The notes: generated by a model from the letters alone, not told the origin. Counted from the stretch's first letter, positions 41,299-54,995 are shown. The stretch is 64,000 nt of DNA from Octopus vulgaris (GCA_951406725.2 OX597834.1:7068001-7132000); one strand, 5' to 3'. Numbers and translations are program-made.

Positions 41299-41535
41299 TT
41301 CTTTCTGAATCGCCAGAAGTGGCTTGGTATATCAGCATTAATTTGTTTAAATTATTGTGTCAATTGTCTTTCAGTTAATTTCATCATAATAATACCTCAC
41401 AAACTTTGACTGTTAGCCAAACTTATATACATTTATATATGTAAATACACATACGTACGTACATACATTCAGACAGACAGACAGAAAAAGAGACTTTTGA
41501 ACGTATGTACAAATATACGAACGTATGCAGATGCT

Positions 41536-41566
<31 letters not shown>

Positions 41567-41727
41567 CTATAACCACCACTACATATGTATACGTTATTCT
41601 GAATAAGCAATTATAGTGTGTGTATAATATAAAGTGGCCCACGTTGTATGAGGTGTGCTATGATGAATTTCATCTAATATTCTATAAAATGTTTGATGCA
41701 TTAACTTATAGAATATATTGCGAAAAT

Positions 41728-42116
41728 GTGGAGGCGCAATGGCCCAGTGGTTAGGGCAGCGGACTCGCGGTCGTAGGATCGCAGTTTCTATTCCCAGACC
41801 GGGCGTTGTGAGTGTTTATTGAGCGAAAACACCTAAAAGCTCAACGACGCTCCGGCAGGGGATGGTGGTGATCCCTGCTGTACTCTTTCACCACAACTTT
41901 CTCTCACTCTTACTTCCTGTTTCTGTTGTACCTGTATTTCAAAGGGCCGGCCTTGTCACTCTCTGTGTCACGCTGAATATCCCCGAGAGCTACGTTAAGG
42001 GTGCACGTGTCTGTGGAGTGCTCAGCCACTTACACGTTAATTTCACGAGCAGGCTGTTCCGTTGATTCGGATCAACCGGAACCCTCGTCGTCGTAACCGA
42101 CGGAGTGCTTCCATCC
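41728..42116 (+). mobile_element. SINE-C with tail type 1, 11-bp TSD
   Basis: TSD ATTGCGAAAAT at 41717-41727 and 42117-42127. Confidence 0.92.
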
Positions 42117-42409
42117 ATTGCGAAAATATAACGAATCGTATGATAACAATTCTCGAAGTCACCTTGCTGTCTCCTCATCAACGAGGGCATGAACTGCGAG
42201 TAAATACCGATGTAGGGTCTAGGGTGGTTGCCACATTGTAACTCTTGACCTTTTTTGGATAACCTCTGTCGCGTGGGGTGACTTGATATGTTGCACCGCT
42301 CGCCTCGTTTGTTGCAGTTGATGCGTGATAGTTCGGATTGATGGTTCATTCCACATATGCCACCTTGAATTATAGGCGTAGATATGATGAAATATATATA
42401 TACATACAT

Positions 42410-42457
<48 letters not shown>

Positions 42458-42462
<5 letters not shown>

Positions 42463-42645
42463 TAATCCAAACAAGAAAGCACAAAATAACACGACAACGC
42501 GAGGACGTGAAGCAAATATAGTAGTATTGGACGCTCAGGAAAGAAGGAAAAAAGGAGGGTTTAACGTTTCGAGCGGAGCTCTTCGTCGGAAACAGAGGAA
42601 AAGGAAAGATCCAGAGAAGGGAAGATAGAGGAAAAAAATCGCCAA
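42458..42645 (-). mobile_element. Family B element, hammerhead motif 42559-42593
   Basis: GUUU-CCGACGAA-GAGC(UCC)GCUC-GAAACGU-U-AAAC. Confidence 0.75.
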
Positions 42646-42714
42646 TTTGTGTGTGTGTGTGTGTGTTTGGAGGTGTCTGCGTAAAGAATTGCGCGTGTAA
42701 CTACCATTTATCTT

Positions 42715-43036
42715 TTATCTTATACCTGTTTCAGTCATTAAATTGTGGCCATGCTGGGGCACCAGTTTGAAGAATTTTTAGCCAAATGAATCGACTCCAG
42801 TACCTTTTATTGATGGTGAGGGGCGGGACAAACACAGACTCACAAATGTATACATATGTATACATATATACGACAGGCTTCTTTCAGTTTCCGTCTACCA
42901 AATCTTCTCACAAGACTTTGGTCGGCCCGAGGCAATAGTAGAAGACACTTTCCCAAGGTTCCACGCAGTGGGACTGAACCCGGAACCGTGTGGTTGGTAA
43001 GCAAGCTACTTACCACACAGCCACTCCTGCGCCTAT
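42715..43036 (-). mobile_element. SINE-A (composite or internally deleted)
   Basis: Head at 43036, tail at ~42715. Confidence 0.8.
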
Positions 43037-43533
43037 AAAATGATAGAAAATGATATAAAAATCATAAAATAAACAGTAGTATCTCATATATATCACACAT
43101 ATTTATAGACTGTTATGGAACCTACATAACTGTGTATCTTCTACTTCTGCCATTTCTATATATGCATTTTCTTTTTTTTCAAAATCCATTTCCTAAATCC
43201 CATGTGGTATCCGTTATGCTGCGAGTGATAAACCATACCAAAATAGATCTCCTACACTCTGTGTGTCACACTAGCGCCTCAGATGGTAACGCGTAACAAG
43301 TTCGTAACTTTTTACAACGCTCCTTTATCACGAGAGCAGAGTTGTTATCACGATCTCCCATTTGGGAAAATTCAGCTGACAAACAGTGCGGAAGGATCAC
43401 ATTTATGGCATTTGCGTTCTTCAATGTGTTATAAACACAAGTTTATAGATCTATTAATCTATCTTGATATGCACCTAAACATTTCTCACAAGCATATATG
43501 CTTTCTCTCTTACTAACTCACTCCAGCTTTCCC

Positions 43534-43535
<2 letters not shown>

Positions 43536-43613
<78 letters not shown>

Positions 43614-43641
43614 ACTAACTCTCTCACTCTCTATCTCTCTA

Positions 43642-43728
<87 letters not shown>

Positions 43729-43739
43729 ATATATATATA

Positions 43740-43815
<76 letters not shown>

Positions 43816-43868
43816 CGTGTTTTGACAGACAGACAGAAGATAGATGGTTAGCTAGCTAGCTAGCTAGC

Positions 43869-43916
<48 letters not shown>
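43536..43916. repeat. (TATC)n-(TA)n-(TAGC)n-(GATA)n compound microsatellite
   Basis: Directly visible. Confidence 0.95.
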
Positions 43917-44799
43917 CATCAATACATAGAAACATATATATTCAAGTATGTAATTTTGTGTTTGTTAAACTAATATTGATACATGATAGAAAGTACTCAA
44001 TGCGTGAATGTTGGGGGTTTAATATCAACAGATATTTGAAATACAGATATTTTGAACCTAATGTTTGGATATTTATCGAAAACCATCTTCAAAGAGAAAC
44101 ACTCGAATGATAGATGAAAAGTTCATAAAAATGCATAGAAATAGTCTGGTGTACAAGTTACCCGGGTTCTTTTCACACAAAAAAAAAACATAATCAAATA
44201 TTCGTAACCATAGTTGCAATATATATCTTTCAAATATTTTTATATATAATGTTTTGTATTTACCAACACGTTCAATGTTTGTCAGGATGCTGGCTTTGGC
44301 TGGGTCAGATTACTTCGATAGATCTTAGTACAAGTCAATTAATTTGTAAAACATTTTTAAAACGTTCGCTGTTATGAATCTTTTGAAATTTCATGAAAAC
44401 TATCTCGACTTGCCAGAGGACATACCAAAGTAAATGTACCCAGGCAACTTCAATATTTCGATTATTTGCAAACATTTTGAAGCTCCTTTCTTCTGTTATG
44501 GTAAACATGACACCATTAAGATCCAATGAATTGTTATTTAGATACAGTTAATGTGCGTGCAGGTGGGAGATTCTCTGTGTGTGTATATATAGAGAGAGAT
44601 ATCCGCACTGAGACACATATACGCATATAAAACATAAGACTACCTTAAATCGATGTTTGAGTGGAACACTTTAAGATAGTATTTCAAATAGTCATTGATT
44701 CAGAAAAAAATATAGAAAATAAATTTAGTTTGTAAGTTGTAAATATTCTGATCGGAAATGTACAAGTTTTATATAAATATGAGGTTAAGTCAAAAGTGT

Positions 44800-45725
44800 T
44801 TTCGTATTTCAAACAAATCATACACTAAAGTCGCTTATTCCTCAAAAGATACACGTCCAAATATATTGCCTGTTGTTATCGTTGTACCAGCAAATAAAAA
44901 CCATGCTCTTGGTATTTTGCTGGTTTAGAGACAAAACCTTCCTGCACCTGTTTCAAATTCGTCCACATCGTTGAACCTCTGTTTGTGCAGCAAAGTGTCA
45001 GGGATCGGAAAAAATAGTAATCTGAGGGTGCAAGGTCTGGACTGTAGGCAGGGTGAGACAGCACTTGTAGGAGGCGCAATGGCCCAGTGGTTAGGGCAGC
45101 GGACTCACGGTCGGAGGATCGCGGTTTCGATTCCCAGACCGGGCGTTGTGTATGTTTATTGAGCGAAAACACCTAAAAGCTTCACGAGGCTCCGGCAGGG
45201 GGTGGTGGCGACCCCTGTTGTACTCTTTCGCCCCAACTTTCCCTGACTCTTTCTTCCTGTTTCTTGTCCCCGACTTCCTACGCAACCGCTGAGCCAGGAT
45301 GCGCATTCGTCCATCCGTCGATGCTCTCGATGTCGGGGGTTGACCTGCTTTTTCTTCTGCGGGTTTTACGAATAGCAAAGGACCACGTTTCGGACTTCTC
45401 CTACTGGGACGAAGACCGCTTCGCTCAACAGCAACCGCAGCAACAGCAACATCACTTGTAATCTCCCACAATTCCTCAAAGTTTGTGCTTGATCAGATTG
45501 GCACTTTGTGCAGATGCATTGTCATGCTGTAGGAATGTACATCTTCTATTGAACAATGAGAGTAGAGGTCTCTCAAAGCAACATCACTCACTTTAGTTGT
45601 TGTTGTTCATAAAGGTTAGCGTTCACAGCATCCGGGACAGGTTGAAAGTGAAACACCCCTTCGAAATTCCACCAAACATACAACATGACCTAAAAAGTCA
45701 ATTCAGCTACGACTGGATAAGTTGT
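44800..45725 (-). pseudogene. Mariner transposase relic split by a SINE
   Basis: LQHDNASAH (~45510-45530) and VLSHPAYSPDLAPSDYYFFRSL (~44997-45066). Confidence 0.85.
45070..45452 (+). mobile_element. SINE-C with tail type 2, 8-bp TSD
   Basis: TSD CACTTGTA 45062-45069 and 45453-45460; (CAA/CAG)n end. Confidence 0.9.
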
Positions 45726-45727
45726 AT

Positions 45728-46048
45728 TGGGCAAGGGTCTTCTACTATAGCCTCGGGCCGACCAAAGCCTTGTGAGTGGATTTGGTAGATGGAAACTGAA
45801 AGAAGCCCGTCGTATATATGTATATGTATATATGCTTGTGTGTGTTTGTCCCCCTAGCATTGCTTGACAACCGATGCTGGTGTGTTTATGTCCCCGTTAC
45901 TTAGCGGTTCGGCAAATGAGACCGATAGAATAAGTACTGGGCTTACAAAAAAGAATAAGTCCCGGGGTCGAGTTGCTCGATTAAAGGCGGTGCTCCAGCA
46001 TGGCCGCAGTCAAATGACTGAAACAAGTAAAAGAGTAAAAGAGAGTAA
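45728..46048 (+). mobile_element. SINE-A 5'-truncated
   Basis: Family match. Confidence 0.88.
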
Positions 46049-46154
46049 GGACATACAAGTTGCCAAAATTCATCAGTGAAAATCCGGAAAAGCTTTTCAT
46101 TCAACCAGGTGTGTGTGTGTGTAAACATACACACAAATCTATCTATCTATATTT

Positions 46155-46422
46155 AAAATAATAAGGGTGAAAAATTGAATATTAATTTGATTAATATCAA
46201 TTTGAAGCCAGTGGTCTAGCATATAGAAAATTCTGAAGTTTCAGAAAAAATGATATTGCATACATATAAGAGGGATGACCTGTAAGTGGACATACATTAT
46301 GCTAGAAGAAGATCTGCTATGGTCTTACCACTAAGAAAAGAACATTCCTTTCTTAGTGGTAAGACCATAGTGGATCTTCTTCTAACATAATGGATGTCCA
46401 CTTACAGGTCATCCCCCTTATA
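46155..46422. mobile_element. Family E fold-back element (~73-bp hairpin arms 46265-46422)
   Basis: Shared terminus with 15525; inverted arms visible. Confidence 0.8.
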
Positions 46423-47059
46423 TTCATCTATCTATCTATCTATCTATCTATCTACCTATAGGTAGATAGATAGATAAATAGATAGATAGATAGATAGATA
46501 AGTAGATAGAGAGACAGACATGCACCACACATAATGAAGCTTTCTATAATTTATAAATAACGACAAAGTTGTAATATTCAAGTGTGGTCGGTATTGAGCT
46601 GTTAGAAATGTTAGCACATCGCGCAAAGCGCTTTGTGGCGTTTCGTCCATCTTTATGTTCTGATTTTAAGTTCAGCCGGGATCGACTTTGTCTTCTATCT
46701 TTCTGGGATCGATAAAGTAAGTACCAGTTGATCACTAGGATCAAAGTAATCGACTTACCCTCTCCCCCGAAATTGCTGGACTTGTGCCAAAACTTTTGAG
46801 ATCAATATTGAAGTGTAATGTGAGCAAAATATACATAATTTTTGATGGAGACAAACGATGCAAAAATTATCAATTTATTCAACGACAAAAGCAAATTTGG
46901 GAAAGTTTTAGAAAAATAAACAGAACCGAATCGAAAGCTGAATGAAGTAAATTAATTACTGTGATAAATGCGCAAATAAAGGCGTTCGTTTTCCAGTAAA
47001 TATCTGCAAAGGAGTAAAAATACACAAACAGGGACTCCTCTAAATCATTGCATCTCACA

Positions 47060-47287
47060 TACGATGTTTGGTCAAAAAGTATCGGGGCTGGAGCTATAAA
47101 AAGAAAACTGCAATACAATACATAGGCGTAGGAGTGGCTGTGTGGTAAGTAGCTTGCTTACCAACCATATGGTTCCCGGTTCAGTCCCACTTCGTAGAAA
47201 CCTTGGGCAAGTGTCTTCTACTGTAGCCTCGGGATTTGATAGAGTGGATTTGGTAGACGGATACTGAAAGAAGCCCGTCGTATATAT

Positions 47288-47323
<36 letters not shown>

Positions 47324-48035
47324 ACATGTTTGTGTGTCTGTGTTTGTCCCCCTAGCATTGCTTGACAACCGATGCTGGTGTGTTTAGGTCCCCGTAATTT
47401 AGCGGTTCGGCAAAAGAGATCGATAGAATAAGTACTAGGCTTACAAAGAATAAGTCCTGGGAGTCGATTTGCTCGAGTAAAGGCGGTGCTCCAGCATGGC
47501 CACAGTCAAATGACTGAAACAAGTAAAATAGTAGAAGAGTAAAGATATTAACAATTCAGCCGTTAATCTCCTTTGAAGTAATCCTTCCCACACCTAAAGC
47601 CACACACTTTATTCCAGTATTCCTGGAACTTTTTCAGGGATGGCCCATAGCTGCTTTGTCACATTCTCATGGATTTCCTTGACGTTTTGAAATCTTGTTC
47701 TTTTCAAGTGGAATTCCGTTCAAGCCTTGGTTTCGGGTTCATAGCCATAAGCCTATGTTTCGACACTTATTATGACAGTTTTCTTAGAGTTTTCACCTTC
47801 CTCAATACAGTCAAGGACATCCTGCGCAGCTGAAACCCAGACTTCCTTTTAAAGTGACCGCACTCTTCACACTTTACTTCGGAACACTACTACAAACAAC
47901 AGGGGTGAGCGTGCTATAAATTTGCGGGCATGCGCTATAGAATTCAAAGTCAATCCTTACCAAACAACATCACTCTACGCATTTTAGTTCTATTACCATA
48001 GCATCAGTCCCGATACTTTTCGATCAGACCTCGTA
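47060..48035. mobile_element. Internally deleted mariner-like element with nested SINE-A (47124-47545)
   Basis: TA|CGATGTTTGGTCAAAAAGTATCGGGGCT ... AGTCCCGATACTTTTCGATCAGACCTCG|TA. Confidence 0.75.
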
Positions 48036-48309
48036 AATACATCAACACACAAGATCGATAATCAATTTGGTAACATTATGAAACAATACACGCTGAAAAT
48101 ATAAATCATACGTCCATCCGAAGATTACTTAGAAATCTGAGAAAATAACTAACGATTAAAGCGAAATCCGTAGCTTAGACATTGCAAAATTGGTTACGAA
48201 CATTCCAGTAGTAAAACTAATTGAGACAATATTAAATACAAACACACCATAATGTAATCACGCATAGTAGCACGTAGTATACTGCATACAATTAGTTATT
48301 CGTATCTTA

Positions 48310-48711
48310 TCTATATATATAAAAGTGAAGTTGTGTGTCTGTCTCCTACGATTTAGATTCCTAACTACTCCCACATTTTGCGGTGCAGTTTAACCAAAAC
48401 CGGGTATCTTATAGTCGTGATTCATATCGAGCCCTTCTGGGTATTAGCGCGCGTCTACGAAGAGTCTACGATTTAAAAAAAAATTTACCATTATTTTTTC
48501 CCATTGTTAATGCATTTTATCGCCATTATATAAGGGAAGTAACTCTCTAAAAATGTTTACGATGAGTCAACGATTTAAAAAAAATTTATCATCATTTTTT
48601 TACCCATTTTTAATACATTTTTTTTGCTCTTATATAAGGAAGTAACTCTCTAAAAATGCCTATATACTTATTTCCCTTACAAACCCGAGCAACGCCGGGC
48701 GATACTGCTAG
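48310..48711 (+). mobile_element. Non-autonomous Helitron
   Basis: TC ... CCCGAGCAACGCCGGG hairpin ... CTAG|T. Confidence 0.8.
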
Positions 48712-48924
48712 TACACTTATACAACGGAAATACTTTTTGCTGTCTCAAATGGAAATTATATCGACTTGCTGACGTGGTTGTGTGGTTAAGAGTCTGGCTT
48801 TTAGAACCATGTAGTCTCAACTTTAGTCCCGCTGCACGGCGCTTTGGACAAGAATCTTATACTATGGCCCCGGGTTAATCAATACCTTGTGAGTGAATTT
48901 AGAAGATGAAAACTGTGTAGAATC

Positions 48925-49108
48925 AGTTCTACATTCAAGAGATGAGGAATTATGTACATTATTTATTTACATTATTTACACTTGACGGATATTTGTCCTC
49001 GTCTTGTTTGTTGTTAACACAACGTTTCGGCTGATATACCCTCCAGCCTTCATCAGGTGCATTGGGGAAATTTCGAACCTGGGTTCTCATTCCTAAGGTA
49101 TTTTTCGA

Positions 49109-49186
<78 letters not shown>

Positions 49187-49190
49187 CATC

Positions 49191-49258
<68 letters not shown>

Positions 49259-49400
49259 TATAATCATAATAATAATAATTATTATTATTATTATCATCAT
49301 CATCATCATTGTTATTGTTATTGTTCAGGTCACTTCATGAATCGAACTCGAAATCTTGGGGTTAATATCCCACGCTCTTAACTACTACGCCATATACTCG
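48925..49400 (-). mobile_element. tRNA-headed element with (AAT)n spacer and hammerhead tail
   Basis: A box TGGCGTAGTAG, B box GAGTTCGATTC, hammerhead at 49016-49060. Confidence 0.75.
49016..49060 (-). ncRNA. Minimal type I hammerhead (canonical core)
   Basis: GCAC-CUGAUGA-A-GGCUG(GAGGGUAUAU)CAGCC-GAAACGU-U-GUGU. Confidence 0.75.
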
Positions 49401-49635
49401 TGGGCTACTAACCCCAAGATTCCAAGTTCGATTCCAAGCAGTGACGACATGAACAACAACAACAAAAATAATAATAAAAATAATAACGAAAAATACCTTA
49501 GGAATGAGAACTCAGGTTCGAAATTTCTCCAAGACACCTGATGAAGGCTGGAGGGTTTATCAGCCGAAATTTGTGTTAACAACAAACAAGATGAAGACAA
49601 ATATCCGTCGAATGTAAATAATGTAAATGTGTACA
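49399..49635 (+). mobile_element. Inverted 5'-truncated copy of the tRNA-hammerhead element (motif 49533-49577, loop III mutated)
   Basis: Reverse complement of ~48955-49375 with a shorter AAT spacer. Confidence 0.8.
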
Positions 49636-50536
49636 ATCACATCGTATATGTGTTTGTATGTATATGAATATACCTATGTATGCATGTATGTGCATATGTG
49701 TGCGTGTGTTTGTGTCTGTATTTGTGTCACCCATCGCTTGACTGGTGGTGTTACTTTGTTTGCGTCCCAAAATTTAGTAGTTCAGCAAATGAATTCGATA
49801 ATCTAAGTATAAGACTTTTAAAAAAAGCACAGTGTCGATTTTGTTCGACCAAACCAGTCATGGGCAACATGCGGCCCGTGGATATTTTGAATGGCACACC
49901 TAACGAAAAAGTACTTTCACTTTAGTTAGTTGCGTCGCCTGCTTGGCGATGAGCCATGTCTCATGCAGTTTGCTTTTCCAGAAAGATTGGTCATGCTTGG
50001 ACTAACTCCTTCAAATCGGTGCCCCATCCATGTCTGCCAGCTGATAGATGACAGGATTCCAAACACAGTATCATGGAAAATCCTAGAAAATCCATGCTCC
50101 TCCATAAACGGGACCAAGTACTGTAAATCATGCACAGCGGAATGGTAGGGGATTCTAAAGGACTCCCTCGAACCAGGAAACATCCTTAACTCCAGAACGG
50201 GGGGCGGTCTTCAGACCATGCTTACATTTCAGGAAATTCCTGCTAGCCTGTTGGAACCAACATGATGGCAGGGTCACCGGCGCTCGATAGCCAAAGAGAG
50301 ACGATCCCTTTTGTTGACATTGAGTAGCTGGGTCTTTTCCTCCTCCATATTCGAGATATGTCACGCGCAAGAGAGGCCTTAAGCCAACAACTTTTGGGAT
50401 CTGATGATACTCCATAATGCTAAGCACTTTATAGACACGAAACCTAAGGTAATTCCATAAACCGGCCTTATCTAACATTAATGCATACTGCTCTATAACT
50501 CAGTGTGCCTCTTTTTCGGATTTATGTTTACGGACG

Positions 50537-50649
<113 letters not shown>

Positions 50650-51255
50650 TGTGTACGTATGTATATATATATATGTATATATACTGGTTAGAGTGTGACA
50701 CACAAACACACACACACAAGCATACACACAAGCGCACATATATAATTGGCTAAATTGATTAAAGTGCTCGTTTTGGACTCTGAAAATTGGTTAGGTTAGG
50801 TTATAAAAGACAGATTCCGAAACGAGAACTTTCGGTAATGGTAAAGATATGCACTTTAGGAAAATTTACCTTGTGTATGTGTGTGTGTGTATTCAGGGAG
50901 AGAGAGAGAAGTGGGGAGAGTTATCTGAATAAAAATCTGGCATTTTCACAATAAATAATTGTGTTTATAATCATTATAAATTTGCCGAGAAATAAATACA
51001 ACACGCAAACGCCATTCAACAAAGCACAAGACTCACAGGTAAATAATACCCAGTAAACACGTGAATAAATCATAAACTCCGCCCATCTTCTTTATGATTG
51101 GTCAATTTTATATGACGTCACTATGAATCCATGGACACTGAGAAATTATATTTCCGCTCATGTAAATCACTTCGAATATTTTTATTTTTAGTGGTACATC
51201 ATAATATTAATTCTATTACATACAACATATGTATGTATGTATATGTATATATATG

Positions 51256-51334
<79 letters not shown>

Positions 51335-51342
51335 GTATATAT

Positions 51343-51427
<85 letters not shown>

Positions 51428-52384
51428 ATACAAAACTACGTTGAACTACAAATCGAAAACCGAAGAAAACACAAACATGAACGAAAAATGAAAGAAAAAA
51501 AAAAAAAAGTGGGAAAAGGCAGCGAAAGAAAGAAAAGCAATAAATTTAATACCAAATGCCTCAATTAGTTGCACACAACAAGGTTGAACGGGACCTACTG
51601 AAACAGGACAAAACAGTCAAATGACTGAAGCAAGTAAAAGAGTAAAAGAGAGAGTAAAGAGTGTGTGTGTGTGTGTGTGTGTATAGAACTTACTTAGAAA
51701 TGTATGCGTGCATTCCGTCATCATCATCATCATCATCATCATCGTTTAACAACAAATTAATAAATAAAACATATATACATACATATATGTACGTACCTAC
51801 ATATACCCATATATGCGTGTATATATATACATGTAGAGGTAGGTACGTACATATATGTATGTATATATGCATATGTTTTATTTATTAATTCATTATATGA
51901 CGGAACGCACGCATCCATTTCTAAGTAAGATTGTTCTTGATATTAATAATGATGCGCACTCTTAACCTTTCTCTCCCTTCCCTTTCTCAGCCATCATTCT
52001 TTCTGGTTTCTTTTTCTTCTACCTTACTGTCTCTCCCTCCCCCCTCTCTCTCTCTCTCATTCTTCATTCTTTCTGGTTTCCTCACAACCATTACCTTTTT
52101 CTCTCTCCCTTTCTCTTGCTCCTCCTCCTCCCTCTCGTCGTTGACCCGCGACGAGAGCTCTGCTACTGTTTTTCTGACCTGGCTTCCTTGAAGTGGTGAC
52201 GGTATTTTCTGTTGCTCCTTCGCCGTTCTCAAAAATAGCGTTCGTAACACTTTATCTCGTTCGGCTTAACAGCCCTTCTTGTCTTGTTATTCTCCTTGTC
52301 CTGCCCTTTACTGTTTATATTTTGTACTGTCTTTACTGTCCTGTTTTTGTTACCATTTTTACCCCTCCGCAAAAAGAACTCAAA

Positions 52385-52923
52385 TTTTATTTAATTTGCT
52401 TTTCGCGGGAAGGAAAGTTTCTATCAAAGATGCGTATCGCCTTCACCTTCGAAACGCAGAGTAGATGAAACCATGGCGACTGAAGAAGGGGAATGTTCCT
52501 TGTGTTATTTGTCCTGTACTCTATTTTTTCGTTGTTTAAGAAAAATGTCCAGTTCCTTGGTTTTGTGTTTATGTTTTCGTTTCTCATTGTATTCGGCGTT
52601 TTTTTGGTGTCCTGTACCCATATATGCATGTATATATACATGTAGAGGCAGGTACGTACATATAAGTATGTATATATGCATATGTTTTATTTATTAATTC
52701 ATTACATCTATATGTATATATACATGCATATATGGCTACAGGACACCTAAAAAACAAAACAAAAAACGTCGAACGCAATGAGAAACGAAAACAAACACAA
52801 AACCAAGGAAATGGACATTTTTCTTAAACAACGAAAAAATAGAGTACAAGACATACAACACAAGGAAAATTCCCCTTCTTCAGCCGCCTCTGTTTCATCT
52901 ACTCCGCATTTCGAAGATAAAGA

Positions 52924-52925
<2 letters not shown>
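52385..52925. mobile_element. Two family D copies in inverted orientation
   Basis: 52385-52700 and 52700-52925 are reverse complements; upstream 51890-52385 may belong to the element. Confidence 0.75.
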
Positions 52926-52957
<32 letters not shown>

Positions 52958-52992
52958 GTACGTATATTATTATTATTATTATTATTATTATT

Positions 52993-53504
52993 GAGTGAGC
53001 GAGCAGAGCATGCCATCGAAGTGACACTGGGGTAAAATATACGAAGCCCAGTATACCCATCATGACTACCCGTCTGATAAGGGTACACCAGGCACATGCA
53101 TCACAACCATATGTGCGCGACATGGTGATCTCATATCAAGATAAACAGCGCATGACCTTGCAGGTGGAGCCCAGTTAGAATTTTCTTCAGATCGAGTAAC
53201 CCATCCCGCTCAAAAGGTCCCTGAATAAGGCTTGTTTAAGGATGTTGAACGAAACACCCATGTTTCCAGAGGTGAATTATTCAAACCCCAAAGAATCCTT
53301 CTCAACACATGGCTATGATGCTCCCCCACTACTTCTGCTCGTGATCAGAGATGCACATATCGTCAGCCACTAAGGGACATGCTCAACTGGTTAAGGTCAA
53401 ACAACTGACAAGCAAATCTGTGGAATTGAGCAGAATATTTGCTGTAGCCCATCTTTTATACCAAGACAAAACAATGTACATGATAACACTTCCAATCAGT
53501 TAAG

Positions 53505-53506
<2 letters not shown>
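52993..53506. mobile_element. Family F element (end-truncated)
   Basis: Between (ATT)n tracts. Confidence 0.9.
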
Positions 53507-53569
<63 letters not shown>

Positions 53570-53909
53570 ATACATATACTAATGTATATACTTTGTGCAT
53601 TTTCCGGTGAATGCAATGCCGTAGCGGAGTATATATACACTCATGTCGGCGGTGCTAAAAACGTCTTAGTCATGGACAGGCGAGATAACTCACTATCAAT
53701 CCCATTTGCGAATGATAGACATGGTTGTTTCTCCACCTTTGTGGCTTGTCAGCATCATGCACCCTCTTGGGTTGTAGGCGAATCATCTAGACAATCCACG
53801 ATTTATATGCTCATGGCACTCTGGTACACACGCGCACAAACATATATATATATAAGTACTGGAAAAAGGATATAAATATTTGCATTGGGACTCCTTTCAT
53901 CGACAACCG

Positions 53910-53968
53910 GTGATTGTCGTGCGCTGATGACGGGTCAATACCCAGAAAATGCAGTCCGTGCGTATCAC
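53910..53968 (+). ncRNA. Type I hammerhead-like motif in a ~330-bp TA-flanked insert
   Basis: GUGAU..CGUGCG-CUGAUGA-C-GGGU(CAAU)ACCC-A-GAAA-AUGCAG-UC-CGUGCG.AUCAC. Confidence 0.6.
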
Positions 53969-54185
53969 TTAGGTTGACGAGGGAAGGATGACCTCCCTTT
54001 GCAAATACCGATAGGGCACAGAAATTGTGCCTATAGCCAGCTGGGGGAGATGTTCTTCTGGGGCTACAAGTTACAGTAACATCCACACTTAGTGGTTAGC
54101 CATATTGAGATGGCAAATATACCTCACATTGTCGTGCAGTTACTGTCTATACCTCGTTCAGAGATTTATTATTGTATATATATAT

Positions 54186-54598
54186 AGGCGCAGGAGTGGC
54201 TGTGTGGTAAGTAGCTTGCTTACGAACCACATGGTTCCAGGTTCAGTCCCACTGCGTGGCACCTTGGGCAAGTGTCTTCTATTATAGCCTCGGGCCGACC
54301 AGAGCCTTGTGAGTGGATTTAGTAGACGGAAACTGAAAGAAGCCCGTCGTATATATGTATATATGTATATGTGTGTATGTGCGTGTTTCTGTGTCTTAGT
54401 TTGTCCTCCCAACATCGCTTGACAACCAATGCTGGTGTGTTTACGTCCCCGCAACTTAGCGGTTCGGCAAAAAGAGACCGATTAAATAAGAACTAGGCTT
54501 ACAAAGAATAAGTCCTGGGGTCGATTTGATCATCTAAAGGCGGTGCTCCAGCATGGCCACAGTCACATGACTGAAACAAGTAAAAGAGTAAAAGAGTA
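54186..54598 (+). mobile_element. SINE-A full length
   Basis: Family match. Confidence 0.9.
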
Positions 54599-54605
54599 TA
54601 TATAT

Positions 54606-54921
54606 ATTACGGAGATACTTGTATAGCAAGTGACTTGATCTGAGATCGTGTGCTGAAAAAAAGAACAATTGCAGCGTGGAAGGTGTTTATAAGCCATTTC
54701 AGAACACACAAAAACCGTTAGTTTCACTTCAACATAGAAATTTAATTTGACAAAATATTTTCGTCGTTTTGAAACCGCGACCTGTTCACTGACAAAATTC
54801 CGTGCTGCGGTTTCAAAGCGACGAAAATATTTTGTCAAATTAAATTTCCATACTGAAGTGAATTTGATGGTTTTTGTGTGTTTTTAAATTGCGTATAAAC
54901 ACCTTCCACGCTGCAATTGTA
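54606..54921. mobile_element. Family C fold-back element; G3-C8 motif 54746-54796 (-)
   Basis: Homologous to 1771-2025. Confidence 0.8.
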
Positions 54922-54922
54922 T

Positions 54923-54995
<73 letters not shown>

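Noticed and set aside
41728-41800. tRNA gene
   Set aside because: No acceptor stem closure; continues into a SINE body with TSDs
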